DNA of 62,415 nucleotides, the filler included, from Rhabdomonas costata (Eukaryota): the NCBI GenBank assembly GCA_019059605.1. It is 30 parts of 30 records of this genome, joined end to end, with 100 filler letters (N's around TTAATTAATTAA, not from the genome) between each part and the next. Parts side by side here need not be neighbours in the genome. Positions count along the whole stretch, not along the records: positions 1 to 1,985 come from JAHMHO010006719.1; positions 2,086 to 4,069 come from JAHMHO010006720.1; positions 4,170 to 6,154 come from JAHMHO010006721.1; positions 6,255 to 8,240 come from JAHMHO010006722.1; positions 8,341 to 10,324 come from JAHMHO010006723.1; positions 10,425 to 12,408 come from JAHMHO010006724.1; 24 more parts are not named here. One strand, written 5' to 3'. A model generated the notes under the pieces. That model did not search any database. It was not told the origin of the DNA and saw only the letters and a program-made list of their open reading frames with translations. Shown here one piece after another: positions 1 through 12,297 of the stretch (the stretch's first letter is position 1; each line of letters begins with the position of its first letter). The position numbers and the translations under genes are program-made.

Positions 1-411
1 GTTGGGGGGGTGAGGCAAATCAAAGGACAAAATTGTCCTCATCGAAAGAAATACGCATTTGGAAGCGCTCGGAACAACGAACGGCAACGTATGGTAACGA
101 AACCGAGTTCTGGGAAAATTTGCTGCAGTCTTGACTTCAGAATTGATGCTTCGTTGACTGACTGATGAGAATACGGTACCAACCCACAGAGCATGTTATA
201 TACAAAGGCAGTGTACAGTGGCAAAAACCACTGGCGGAGTACTGGTAACTTACGTCCACTAGTAAAGTGGGAGTCAGAAGTAAAAAGTACTGCGAGGGGC
301 TGTGTGTATGTGAATGAAAGTGAGAATGTTGCGGAAGGGAATTACCCAGACAACCAGCACTCAGACGAACAATAAAAGGGGTGGAAAGAGAGGGATAAAG
401 GTGTCATTCAC

Positions 412-1985
412 CTTTCGAGAGTCTGGACCTGGGGGATGAGCTTCTGCACCACTTTCGAGAATGCTGAAAAGACAGCAATTCCCCATAGACAAGATGTACA
501 AAATGCGAAGTTTCGAAGGCAGTGCCATACAAAGGTTGGAGTATAATCCAGTTGAGTCCAGAACATTCCTTCAAAAACGCTGTGGTCGTAGATGGACGTG
601 AGGTGGAAAGCCAAGTGGGGCACCGAAGGGATGTGCCCAGAGAACCCTGAGGAAGGCCCCGCGGTTCCAGGCGCGGGGAGCGGTTTCTGCAGACCAAGAT
701 CCTCGTTAACCTGTTGTTGTGGTAAGGAAGGGGAGACTGAACACGCAGAAACCGCAAACCACAGTAACTGTCCCATTCTCAAAAACCCCTGGAGGTTGTT
801 CTGTGGTTGTGAATGTGGTCGCTGCATGTCCAATTTTGTTTGGATATGTGATGGGTCAGAACAGTTCTGCTACAGAGTGGGAAAAAAACTTGAGGTGGAA
901 GTCTCAAAGATTGCAGAAGAGGGAGAATACTCAATATTTTTACGCACTCGCTATCTCGGTTTGTACACTGTTCTTCTAATTCAAAAACAACTATTTTGAA
1001 TTGTGCCATTTGCAATGATCGTCCGTTTCAAGCCAGAAAATGAAGAAAATGGAGGAGATTTTCTCAAAGAGGACTAAGCCGATGCAGGCCCGGGGCCTTC
1101 AGGCCGATACCCGTGCCCCTTGGCTCTTTCCTTTATTTTTTTCTTTGCAGTGTCTTGCATCTTGTGCCTTGTGTCTTTCCCCAGTGCAGCGGTAGGTTTG
1201 AGGACAACACCAACAAAGTATGTACAAAAACCCACCTGCCTCTGTCCCCGCGAAAGGGGACCCAGGCAAATGGCTCTCGGCCGCTTGTTACCCACCAAAA
1301 TTACACAGTGGCCGGGATCAGGTCCACACCTGGAGCTCGTTCGGAGGAGGAGGAGGAGGAGGAGGAGAACATGAAGCAAGAGAACGGAAAGGACGAGAAC
1401 TTCACGCAGACCCTCTGCTGTAAGTTGCGGTGCAGCTCGTTTTTGTGGTCGTCCGAGAGCCCATCGATTTTATGGATAAAGACCTCAATGTTGAGGTGTG
1501 GGTTGATCTCCCAAGCCTTTGCAGCAGTCTTCACCAACGTGTCTTCTGCTTCCAAAGTGTCATCCTGACGAAAGAGAAAACCCAGCTGAAGAAGACGAAG
1601 TGTTCCCACAGCAAATCAGGCGATGGGAAGGGACGACCATCCCAAGTAAATCTACACTCTCAATGCAACCTGGAGCCCGCTATGTCAACAGGCTCTGGTA
1701 ACTCTATTCGAGGTCACCCAGATCAAAAGGCAAGGGAGGACGAGGTTTCGGAACCAGGCGCCACCCCATTCTCCTTGAAGTGTGTTCGAAGACAGGCGAC
1801 GTCGTCACGCAGAACGACGAAGACGAAAAAGGCGAATTGGGCGCACGAAGACTTCCTTGCCAGTTAACATGTGCAGCGTCAAAAGCACCCCAAGAAATTA
1901 GGCTGCTGGGCAAAAGGTAAAAGGAAAACCCACAGACCTGGGAATCAACCACGAAGATTAACGAGCCGCACTGTGCCACAACCAC
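412..1985 (-). CDS. RRAGC: Rag C/D (Gtr2-like) GTPase, partial; exons 1985-1938, 1564-1412, 710-569, 463-412
   Basis: Spliced peptide GSLIFVVDSQ|DDTLEA...NIEVFIHKIDGLSDDHK...QR|VNEDL...LAFHLTSIYDHSVFE|AFSKVVQKLIPQVQTLE matches the RagC/D motifs EVFIHKxDGLSDD and TSIYDHSxFEAFSKVVQKLIP. Exon phases are consistent. Confidence 0.93.
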
Positions 1986-2085
1986 NNNNNNNNNNNNNNN
2001 NNNNNNNNNNNNNNNNNNNNNNNNNNNNNTTAATTAATTAANNNNNNNNNNNNNNNNNNNNNNNNNNNNNNNNNNNNNNNNNNNN
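1986..2085. other. Artificial contig spacer (N44-TTAATTAATTAA-N44); first of 29 such spacers, one every ~2.08 kb
   Basis: The same 100-nt N-padded linker with stops in all frames recurs throughout. Flanking sequences are unrelated, so no synteny can be inferred across spacers. Confidence 0.98.
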
Positions 2086-2370
2086 TTGGTGTGTGTGGGT
2101 TCGCCTTTCAGTCGGCACACACATTTTTGCGGGCGGTGTTTTGCGCAGGGTTGGATGGTTGAGGCCCCATGCGGCTGCCAAGACATGGTCCATCTTGGAC
2201 CCTTGTGGCCATGTGCTTGCCCGTGTGGGAAAACAAGCCGCTGTGTGTATGAAGCGGACAGGCAGCAGGAGAGTCTTCGAAAGCCCGCTGGAGGCAGGAA
2301 ACACCTCCGCCAAACGGGTGTCTTGCGCACGTTGTGAGTGATCCGGAGAAAACGTTACATTAACATTTTA

Positions 2371-2430
2371 GGAAAGGAAAGGAAAGGAAAGGAAAGGAAA
2401 GGAAAGGAAAGGAAAGGAAAGGAAAGGAAA
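2371..2430 (+). repeat. (GGAAA)12 microsatellite
   Basis: Perfect pentanucleotide tandem array read directly. Confidence 0.97.
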
Positions 2431-5400
2431 TACTCCCGCCGTTGAGGGAAGTGCCTTGTCACAAAAACGTAGACAAAAGCCAAGCACAACTTCAACAGGT
2501 CGACAACCAAACGACGCCTTGTGCACGTTGTGTGTGTCTGCTTCTCCATATCTGCGCCTGACTCCAGTCAGGGCGCACAGAAACCGCGAGTGCATTCCTT
2601 GCAAGTTGTGCACTGACTTTTTCCTTTCTGTGATTTTCATTGGTCTTTTCCCGCGGAAAGGACTAGAACAGAGTGTGCGCCTCGGGTCTACATGGCAGTT
2701 TGCTGCATTGCAGGTCTTGAATCGCAGCTGGGTGAAGCGTTGTTGCTGCCAACTGACAAATGAGCTGGATGTCCAAGAAGAATTCTTGTGCTGGATTTCG
2801 GTTTAGGTCCGCCAGGATCGCCATTTTCCCCTCTGATGATTTGTAAAAGCAAAGAAAGTTTGTATTTGTATGCTCGGTTCTCTATTTCGTCCCAGGTCGC
2901 TCCCCGTATCCCCGACCAGCCCGCCCAAGGCAGCAAGCAAGGCAGTTCACTTTTCCGAGCCTGAAGTGCAGCAGCAGCAACAGCAGCAGCAGCGCTCCAT
3001 AGCAGTCTCATTGTAAACATCTCATACGCATTTATACATACATGCACACACGAACGCACGAACGCACGTACTCACTTGTACACTGAGAGAGACTCACTCA
3101 CTTACTAGAGTCAAACAGATGTACACGTATACAAATCGCGTACGTACTCTGCACTCACTGCACGCGAACCCTGACACATGGAGCCCACCGCGGCACATCA
3201 GTTCCCCCTCCCACGCCCTGTCTCCAAATTGCAAGCTCCCTCTAAAGCATGAGGTCTCTCTCCTTCTCTTTCCCTTTTCTTTTTTTCACTGAAGCACTGC
3301 CACCGCTTTGCCCTCCTTCTGTACAAAGCCCAGAGTGACGGTGATTCTCCAAAGTCCCCTCCCCTCCCCATTTCCATCCAAACATCCTCCCGTCACAATA
3401 CCTTCACCTCCCGCCCCCTTGTGGATGCGGAGGTCCTGCCTGATGCCTATATACCCCTTTCCCGTGCCTACCTCTTGACTGTTCGTCCTTCCTCGAATAA
3501 ATTGGGTGCTTTTTTCGCATTGTGGCGTTCCCTGTGTCTTCACGTGTTGTGCTGGTAACGGTCGGGGAACAACAGCGCCACCGCCCTTGCAAAAGCTGTC
3601 TCTCCTTCTTGCGCACCCTGTCCCGAAGCTTCTTTACGCTCAGTGCTCGGCAGGCAATACCAGGCCCCACCTCGTTGGAAAGGAGGGGTCGTGGTAAGTT
3701 CTGCTCTTCCTTGCTGTGTACTAAAGTGCCAGTGTGTTCAGGGGCTCAGGCGGTTCCCTCCCATTCCCGCATTTTCTTTTCTCCTCATGCTATGCTCGGT
3801 TTGGCAAGAAAGCCCCCCCCCCATGCTTGAAGTCATATGAAGCTCGTGCTTTCCTTCCTGTGTACTAAGATGCAATTGATATGCCTTGTCCGGAGCCCTA
3901 CTTTCCCGAAACTGTGCTTCCCATCTTTCGGATGGGTCGTTCTGGGCCATCTTGCCCAGCTCCCTCTCGCTGCTGCTGCTGTTGCTGCGTCGTGCTGCCT
4001 TGCCTTCCCTTCCCTGCACAACGTTGTTGCAGTTTTGTGGGATCTCTCTTTGTTGGGGCCCCTTTTCCCNNNNNNNNNNNNNNNNNNNNNNNNNNNNNNN
4101 NNNNNNNNNNNNNTTAATTAATTAANNNNNNNNNNNNNNNNNNNNNNNNNNNNNNNNNNNNNNNNNNNNGGGGGGGGGTGGTGGTTCCTGGTGCGCTTGA
4201 CCTTGGTCTTCCTTGGTCTCCTCAAGCTTCAGCTTTCCTTCCGCCAAGGGCCACGGAGCGTTTCGAGCCCCCCTGTGTGCGTAAATTACGAAAAGACTCC
4301 GGGCCTGCTTCGGCTTTGCCCTCATATATCCGCTTACCTTTCCCTTTCCTGCTGCACTCTGTGCACTTCTGTCAGCTGCAAGTTTCTTGCCAGAATTTCA
4401 TTATTCAAATCAAATTGGCCAGTTTATCCGAACTCGGTTGGGCGTGCCCCCCTGCCGGTGGGCCAATAGGGCCTGTTTCGCGTGCTGGTGTGTGGCCGCA
4501 ACAGAACCAAATTGGAGAGGACCATGTGCACGTGATCATGGCGGACACCGGGTACAGTGACATGAAGGCGATGGACTCGCGAGGCAAGGCTGTTTCCGCG
4601 GTCACGCTTTGCGGAAAGGGCACCTTCGTAGAAGGACTGCTTGAAGTATGTGTGTATGCTGGCCAAGTGCTCAAAGTGTGTTTGCATCCTGAACGATTCA
4701 ACGAGACACACGGGTTCTTCCATCACGAATGTGGTATGCATCGCCTCTGGATGGAGTTTCTGGATGGTCTCGATTTGGTTTTTGGGATTTCAATAGGGAG
4801 TCACTGAAAAAACTGTGGTTTCGCGAGCATGCTTACACTTTCCTCACCGCGTCCAGTTCACTTTGTACTTTCTCCTGCGCGCGTGTCCTCCCCGCCTCAA
4901 TTACCCGAGCGACGAACGCCGGACCCCCTCGGCAGCTATGCTGTGATGCTGTGACCGTTGCTCCTACACCTTCCCGCGAAACGGAAATCTCCGATAGAAA
5001 CGTATGGTTTATACCAAAAAAGTATTCATTCATTGAATGCGCAGGTATTCTGGTTTTTTTGTGTGCGGTTATCAAGGTGCAATCTTTGCTTCCGATGATG
5101 TTGTGGACCCTATAACGGTGTTCCGATTCCCGTCATACCCTCTGGCTAGAAGCGGCGCACGCATTGTAGATGAGGCACCAAAGCGAAAGTGCACCAGCGC
5201 CAGGCAGTTGTTTCCCAAACTTTGGCCGCAGGCGTGATGATGGTTGTGACGCCCCCAGCTTTCAAATGGAAATCTCAGACCAAATCTCACCCCTAATGTC
5301 GCGCCCCCCCTCCCCCTGCCAGCCTCCTTTGCTTCCCAATGCTATGTCCATTCCCCTCTTATTTCTGTCTGCCTCATCTTCTTTTGTGCGGCAGTTCCAT

Positions 5401-5577
5401 GTGGAGGACCGCTGGACATTCATTGGCCTTGTGTTGACTGATAGTACAGTTTTGTTTGAAAATGGAAGGCAGGGGTTTGCCCTTTAGCTTTGTTGGTCAA
5501 CAGTCATACAAGAGTTGGTTGCGAGGGCGCGCATCTTTGGCTATCTTCCCCACACACATGCCGTTGTGGCCGGGCAG

Positions 5578-5730
5578 GCGGATGACCCCTCCGTTACGGT
5601 AATTGAGGCCCTGCAGCAGGAGATCGTCGCGCTGAAATCGGCCCACGAGTCCCGGGTCGCGGGGCTGCAGTGGCAGCTCCGCTCCAAGCAGATGATGCTG
5701 GACATGATGCGCGACCGCCTCACAGCCGAG
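5578..5730 (+). CDS. Isolated exon of a coiled-coil protein
   Basis: GC-rich 153-nt exon (ADDPSVTVIEALQQEIVALKSAHESRVAGLQWQLRSKQMMLDMMRDRLTAE) after a CAG acceptor. It ends GAG|GC before a pyrimidine-rich stretch. Confidence 0.6.
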
Positions 5731-6396
5731 GCACCCTCCCTTCCCTTCCTCCTGCGTCTTCGTTTTGATTCCTGTCGGTTTCTCGATTGCTCTCTTTTTC
5801 TGTGGTGATTCTCGTTCGTCTCACTCAAGTCACTCAAGCGCATGCGCGCACGAGGCCAAACACAAAGAAAACGTGTTCAACAAAAACAAAGGTGCACATG
5901 ACAACGATGTAGCCCTGTCCTGTGCGGTCGTTTTCTGTCACCACACACAAGGTCCACACACAACAACGGTACAAGACGGAGGTCGCTCTTTCCCTGCCCA
6001 CCTTCCAACTCCTTCTCAAAGGCGGGACTCAGGTTCTCTCTCGCTCGCTCGCCCGCTCGTTCTCTTTGCAGTTCCTTCTTGCGACTCCCAAAGACCGATT
6101 CTCTTCCGAACTCCTTAATTCATTAACACCCCCACAACCACACACACCCACCACNNNNNNNNNNNNNNNNNNNNNNNNNNNNNNNNNNNNNNNNNNNNTT
6201 AATTAATTAANNNNNNNNNNNNNNNNNNNNNNNNNNNNNNNNNNNNNNNNNNNNGGTGGGGGGGTGGTCATCCATCATGATTTTATGGAACCCATCTCGC
6301 ATCGCTTTTATGAACGGGTTTCCAAGAAGCGAAAGAAAGCTACCGCTAAGGAAGAGAGCCCAAAAAAAGAGAAAGTGTGAGCCCCAGTAACCAAAC

Positions 6397-7945
6397 CTTT
6401 AACGAACAGCCCAAGCTGCCCGTCGTACTCGAAACCCTCAAGGCCTGCGTATGGTGCGCAGCTTTGCCGGTGCTGCTGGACAAAGGCCTGCAAAACTGAG
6501 TACCAAAGTTGAAATGCAGAGGAAGAGAACGAACTGATACAGGGATGTAATACAGGAGGAGGAGAGAGAAAGGACGACGGTCAACACCGCCCAGCAGGCG
6601 CCCCTCCCCCCTGAAAATGTTCGGGGTCCGTTTGCAGTATGAGCAAACCATATTTTCACACAACCCACTGCGTTCAATGCCTGTCACACAGGCACACACA
6701 CACACACACACACACACACTCGCCTCACACACACACTTGAGTGATGTCCACAGGCAGGGAGACCCTGACACTCCCCTCGAAGTTCAGCCAGTGCAGCATG
6801 CAAGGAGAGCCACGCAGAAATGGGACCAGGTTTATTCCAGCAGTGCACTCTGAGCTGTCGCAACCCACGAGAGGAAACTCCACGCATGGAAATCAAAGGC
6901 AAGGGCACAGCTTCACAACAACCGAATCAGCAAAGAGCAACCCAAAAACGCAATGGAGGGAAGGAGTATGGTTGTGTTGAGTATAGTTGCCCCTCCAAAA
7001 CACACGCTCGCAATTCGAAGTCGACACACTTCTCCCAGGGCAGGGCAAGGCAAAACAAGGCACTGCCTCCAACCTGAAGTACAACTTTGTCCTTCAGCTC
7101 GTCGAGTTTCGTGTGAGCTGCAGAGGAAAAAGGGCCGGATTCCTGGTAAAGTTCTTTCATGTGCCAGCACTCCGACCAAAACCACCCCAGCAAACTCATC
7201 ATCAACGAGAGGACAAAAAGTTCATGGGAATGCTCGCACAAACGGGTGCTAGCTTGCGACAGTTCCTCACACACCAACCCCCCTCGCTTTGAGACATCCA
7301 AATAGAAAAAGGAGCCGACCTCTATACAGGATGCGCCCGGTGTGTGACAGTTGACTCATTATGGCATCATTTGCGTGAGAGCTGCGAGGCACAAGAAGGC
7401 TTGCAAGGGACCAAACAGTGCGAGGTATACCTGGAGATGACATTGAACCACCGAATACGAATGCGGCAACCCTGTGGATGAGCACCACCTCCGGGACAAA
7501 CTGAAAGGAAAGGTGCCAAAAGAGGGAAGAAGAGGGCTACGCCGAAGCAGGCCTGGGGTCTTTTGTACATACAACAGGCCTCCCGAAGCGTCTGAAAGGG
7601 AAAAGACACGATTGTGCCGTGCGGTGCGGAAGTAAAAATGATGCGTTACAGGGAAAGAGGCTGCGAAGCTGTAAATTTGTCCTTGTTGCCTCAAAAGGAA
7701 GTAACACACAAGTTGGGTGGTGCAAAAACTCGATTGTATACGCAGACCGGTCTTGCTCCGATTATGGAAAGGGACCGGGACGTTCTTCTCTTAGCATCTT
7801 CTACTGAGGTGAACAAGGAATTACAAACATCGCCAAGCCCCGTCCACCGGCTTCCGTACCTTAGTTGGGGGAAGCCGCTGGTGAACGTGGTGCGCAATGA
7901 TGCAGCCCGCAGGATGAAGCGGGAGGACCTGCAGAAATGGCGTAC
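6397..7945 (-). CDS. Multi-exon protein fragment of unknown function
   Basis: Exon-like blocks with AG/GT borders, e.g. ...TKLDELKDKVVLQ| and AFVQQHRQSCAPYAGLEGFEYDGQLGLFVK|. No family recognised and boundaries are approximate. Confidence 0.35.
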
Positions 7946-9661
7946 CTGAAAGAAGACAGGCCCCATTCGAAACTCAGGCGACGTCAAGCATTGTGTGCTC
8001 GATAGATCTTAAGCTGGTTCCTTGGCGTCTCTGTCCCGAGCAGCTCTTGCAAGCACATTAGGAGACAAAATGTTGGGTGAAGTACAACAAAGCCCAAACC
8101 GCATAATACATTATTCTATCCAGTCACGTAGCAATGCCTGCTCACCAAGCCGCCACCACACGACGTGCTTTGCGCCCGACAGAGGATGACGAACACTACA
8201 AAATTAATCAGCATGAAAACACCCTGCGACCACACAAACANNNNNNNNNNNNNNNNNNNNNNNNNNNNNNNNNNNNNNNNNNNNTTAATTAATTAANNNN
8301 NNNNNNNNNNNNNNNNNNNNNNNNNNNNNNNNNNNNNNNNTTGGTGCCATGCGACGCTCACGGTGCGCTACTCCCTGCGTGTGCGTGCTGCCTGTCTGCC
8401 CTAGTTGTGTGTTTGATGAGATGGGTGGGACTTTCGCTCCACCGCATGTATGTTTGTAGAAGATTGGTCGACCGCGGGGCGGTGAAGATCTTTTCATGCG
8501 CGCCCAACTGTGCACGTTTCAAAAGATGCGTTCGTTCTCACTTCCCGTCACCGTTACCGCCACCATCTCTTCCTTGACCAGTGCACATGCAAGCCTCTCT
8601 CCCTCCTTCGTCCTCCTCCTTGGCGATTCGTCGGCCGACCTTCCCGAGGATTTTAGTGCGGGGGCCAGGGGATTGGGGATCGAGTTGCGGAAACCTGTGG
8701 TATTCTCCAACGCGTCCTTTTTGTCGCCCTGACGCGTTCAAACCGTGCGCGCACTCGCGCGTGTTTTGCCTGCATGCTTGTACGTGACTTTTAACTCTCA
8801 TCCAACTGCGCCCACCTTTGCGGGCACCCACGTCCCTTTCCTCCCAAGAGGAGTCTGTGGTGCCCTTCCCTGTACCTGTCACCGATGCTGTTTGCTGTTT
8901 CGATGCCTTGCTGCTTTGTGGAGTTGGGCCATTTGTCCTCCCCTGCTCTCACATGGGCACTCGTCGATTTTAGTTTGTTAGGGGGAGACCTTTGATGAGT
9001 ACAATTCCACAAGTCCATTTGAAATAACTTGTGCCCTTTCCATACCCGTGTGATAATGACCCTTCCAGCGCAGGCACCCCACGGCTCCCGCCGTACCCCT
9101 TTGCTCGAACGCCCGAATAGTGGGACTTGAGTTGGACTTGGGACTTGGGTTCTCACTGCTACGGCGAGACCAGCAATCACCGATCATCGATCAGGAGGTT
9201 TGCAACCCCACACAGTGCGACTAACCCAACTTCCTCACTCAAGGACCACACAAAGCTTCAGCCCATGGGGATGACAATCTGGCCTGTAATTAACTGCCCG
9301 TTTTTGCTTTTCGCATGGAAGCAATGCGCCTGCAATTGAAATGAGAGGATTCAGATTTTTTTTTGGGGGGGGGGATGGGTTGCCGTCGCACCCGTTCCAA
9401 TCTTAACCTCAAGCCCGCCATGACCCACGCTGGTGGTTCCTGGACTGCGGCCGCTGCAAAGAAGGCTAGCAACTCTTTCTCACCTCCCTCAGCAGTTTTT
9501 TCAGTGGTCTCAGGTTGTGTTTTTCGGCTGGTCCAAAAGCTGCTGAGGGAGGGTCTTCGGGCAGTCTTCGAGTTTGCCCTCGAGAGGTGGGCGCCTGTTG
9601 AGTGTTTTGCTTGACCGCTCCCTTGCCTTGCACGAGTTCCTGAGCAGAGCCCACTAAAGAG

Positions 9662-10118
9662 ATGGCGCTCCGTGCGGCCGCCCTGACCTGCCAGCTCTCC
9701 AGGCTGACCGAAAGCAGCCGGCCGATGGTCACGCGGTTCTGCGAGATCCTGATCCAGCAGAACCCCTCTGCCTCGAAACAAGACCTGCTTCAGGTTGTTG
9801 CCGTGGGCCTGTGGGTGAGGGGAAGTGGGAGTGGTTGCTGGCGTACTTGTATTTCGCCCCATCCCTGTGGTGCCCGCGCAGTAAATTGTATTAATCTCGG
9901 GCTGCTGCGTCCTTGGCTTGGCCTAGCGGTAAATGACACTGGTGCCTGTGCCCTGGAGCTGCAGTTCGCAGTATTTTCTCATAGCAAAACGGAGCCAGCT
10001 CCTCCTTGCCTCCCTCTCTCCTCTGTGCATGCGCTCTGGCCTTGCAGGTTGCCCGAGTTTTCTGCCTGTTGAAGTTTCGCGGTAGCGCGAAGCTCAGGAA
10101 GTTTGAGCAAAAGCAGAG
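9662..10118 (+). CDS. Two exons of an unknown helical protein (9662-9793, 10048-10118)
   Basis: MALRAAALTCQLSRL...KQDLLQ|GT ... CAG|VARVFCLLKFRGSAKLRKFEQKQ; canonical borders and compatible phases. Confidence 0.45.
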
Positions 10119-10904
10119 GTCCGTCACCTATCTTTCACTCTGCCCCCCTTCGACTAGTGGTGGGAAGTTGAAGGGAAGCAGGAAGAGAGGGAGGGGTTAT
10201 CATAGGCAGTGGTGGTGTCTCCGCCCTTTTATACACAATTTCCCAGTTCGCCGCCCCCCTCCCCCCGCCCCACCGACGGCGAACTGGGAAATTGTGTATA
10301 AAAGGGCGGAGACACAACCACCACNNNNNNNNNNNNNNNNNNNNNNNNNNNNNNNNNNNNNNNNNNNNTTAATTAATTAANNNNNNNNNNNNNNNNNNNN
10401 NNNNNNNNNNNNNNNNNNNNNNNNGTTTTTTGGTAAGCTTAGGAATGCTCGGGGAGAAGCACCATGCACCATGAGTCCCCACTGCTTTCTTTGCTTGAAC
10501 ATCATCCAAGGACCAGAAAACCCCGCCACCAGCGTGTGGCACCCAGCGCTTTTGTCCCCGAGCATTCCTAAGCTTTCCAAAAAGGAACAGGCGCTCCCTC
10601 ATGTCCAAGGTCCAAACGGAAGGGCCCGTAGTCCCAGTGTGGATGCTGACAAGCACAACAAACTGACGAACAGCAGCGGCGGATGGAGAGACCAAGCAAA
10701 CGAAAGGTTGTTCCGAAAGAAACAAGGAGCACGAGAAAAGGCACCCGAACGGACAAGCGCGAGGAGACCCCGCCCGCCACAACCACAGGCCCCTCCGAGG
10801 GAAAACGGAAGCAGCAACGCCGCAGAAGAAGCACAGGAAGCAGTGGAAGAAGAAGACGAAAGGGGTGTCCACATCTGTGGAACCCCCAGTGGCCATCTCT
10901 TGGT

Positions 10905-12297
10905 CTAGATGATCTCGTCGTCGTCGTCCTGCAGGGGGACGGCAGCGGCAGCAGCACTTTCTGCCTCCAGCTGCTGCTTCCTTGCCTCATCGATGTGCAC
11001 CTCACTGGGCTGCAGGGCGGGTGCCTCCACAAAGGTGAGGTTGTTGTCATTGGCCAGTTTCTTTGCAAGCCCTGAGCGACAAGGCAAAACATGTGCTTTC
11101 AAAACGACGGGCTCCCTCCGCGTTGAGACACGAAGAACCCGGGAGGAAGGACAAAAACTATGCCAGAATGTCGCACACAAGAGTCACGTTTTGTCTGCGG
11201 CGACACAAACACACACAGGACACAGGACACACTGGACCCTCACTGTTGTTGTTGTTGCCACCCATTTCTGTGTGTGTGTGTGGGGGGGGACGGTAAGTGA
11301 CCATCCAAAAGCAAAAGCACACGATGCAGCGGTGCACCGCTCACCCAATTTTTAAAAGAGATTTTGAAGCGTGCAGCGGAGCTTCGGTACGTTTTTGTTC
11401 AGGAAGGGCTGCTGTCGGCTGTTGTCAGGCGCGAACCGTGCCGGCCACGCCCCCCTTCCTCACGTACAAGATCACAATTTGAAGTTGGAGATTTAAGGTC
11501 TCGAAACATGGCGCCAGCGATACGTGGCGTCATAACCTGTCTGCATGTTTGAAATGTTTGACAGTCCCGGGACACCTAGGAACCACGTATGAAACCAAGG
11601 AAATCTCGCTCACAACGACACGCAAAGTGTGGTTGTGTGCAGTTGCACTGAACACTTACAAAGAAAAGGCTTCTCAAAGTTGTAGTTCGACTTTGCGGAG
11701 ACGTCATAGTACTGCAGGTTCTTCTTCCTGTGGAATGTGATCTGCTTGGCCTTCACCGCGCGCTCCATAACGTCCACCTTGTTGCCCACCAAGACAATAG
11801 GGATGTTTTCGCACACCCTGACAATGTCACGGTGCCAGTTGGGGACGTTTTTGTAGGTTTGCCTCGAGGTGACGTCAAACATGATGATAGCGCAGTTTCC
11901 CTGAATGCTGTGAAAAAAGGAGCAAAAATGAAAGAAGAAAGCTGAATGCGAGGATTTCTTTCACCACCGCCACTACCAAACAAAATACGAAAACACCTGT
12001 CATGCCTCACAGCTGAAATCCTAGCAACGATGCATTTTTTTGGGTTGAAAGTAAAGGAAAGATGTCATACTAGTAGCCGTCTCTGAGACCTCCAAACTTC
12101 TCCTGGCCCGCAGTATCCCACACATTGAAACAGATTTTACCCCTGTTCGTGTGGAACGTCAGCGGGTGGACCTCAACACCGATGGTTGCAATGTACTTTT
12201 TCTCAAATTCTCCTGTGAGATGCCGCTTGACAAACGTGGTCTTCCCAGTACCACCGTCGCCGACCAAAATCAGCTTGAAAGTTGCCACAACTTGATC
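10905..12297 (-). CDS. RAN: Ran GTPase; exons 12297-12071, 11907-11660, 11071-10905 (start exon outside contig)
   Basis: [48 protein letters not shown] and an acidic tail (DDDDEII*). Two GT-AG introns restore the YY and W codons exactly. Confidence 0.98.

Noticed and set aside
3470-3950. J-domain-like exon, or TGA read-through (ALLFPDRYQHNT*)
   Set aside because: It needs several frameshifts. Conserved genes here show no in-frame stops, so there is no evidence for a variant genetic code.
5020-5290. Decayed DDE transposase on the minus strand (PLL..GYDG...IPAHS)
   Set aside because: Only two short motifs across a frameshift, with no terminal repeats; too weak to call.
10215-10315. Hairpins at host contig edges as pre-miRNAs, MITEs or terminators
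   Set aside because: All abut contig ends next to primer-like sequence, so fold-back chimeras are the simpler explanation.
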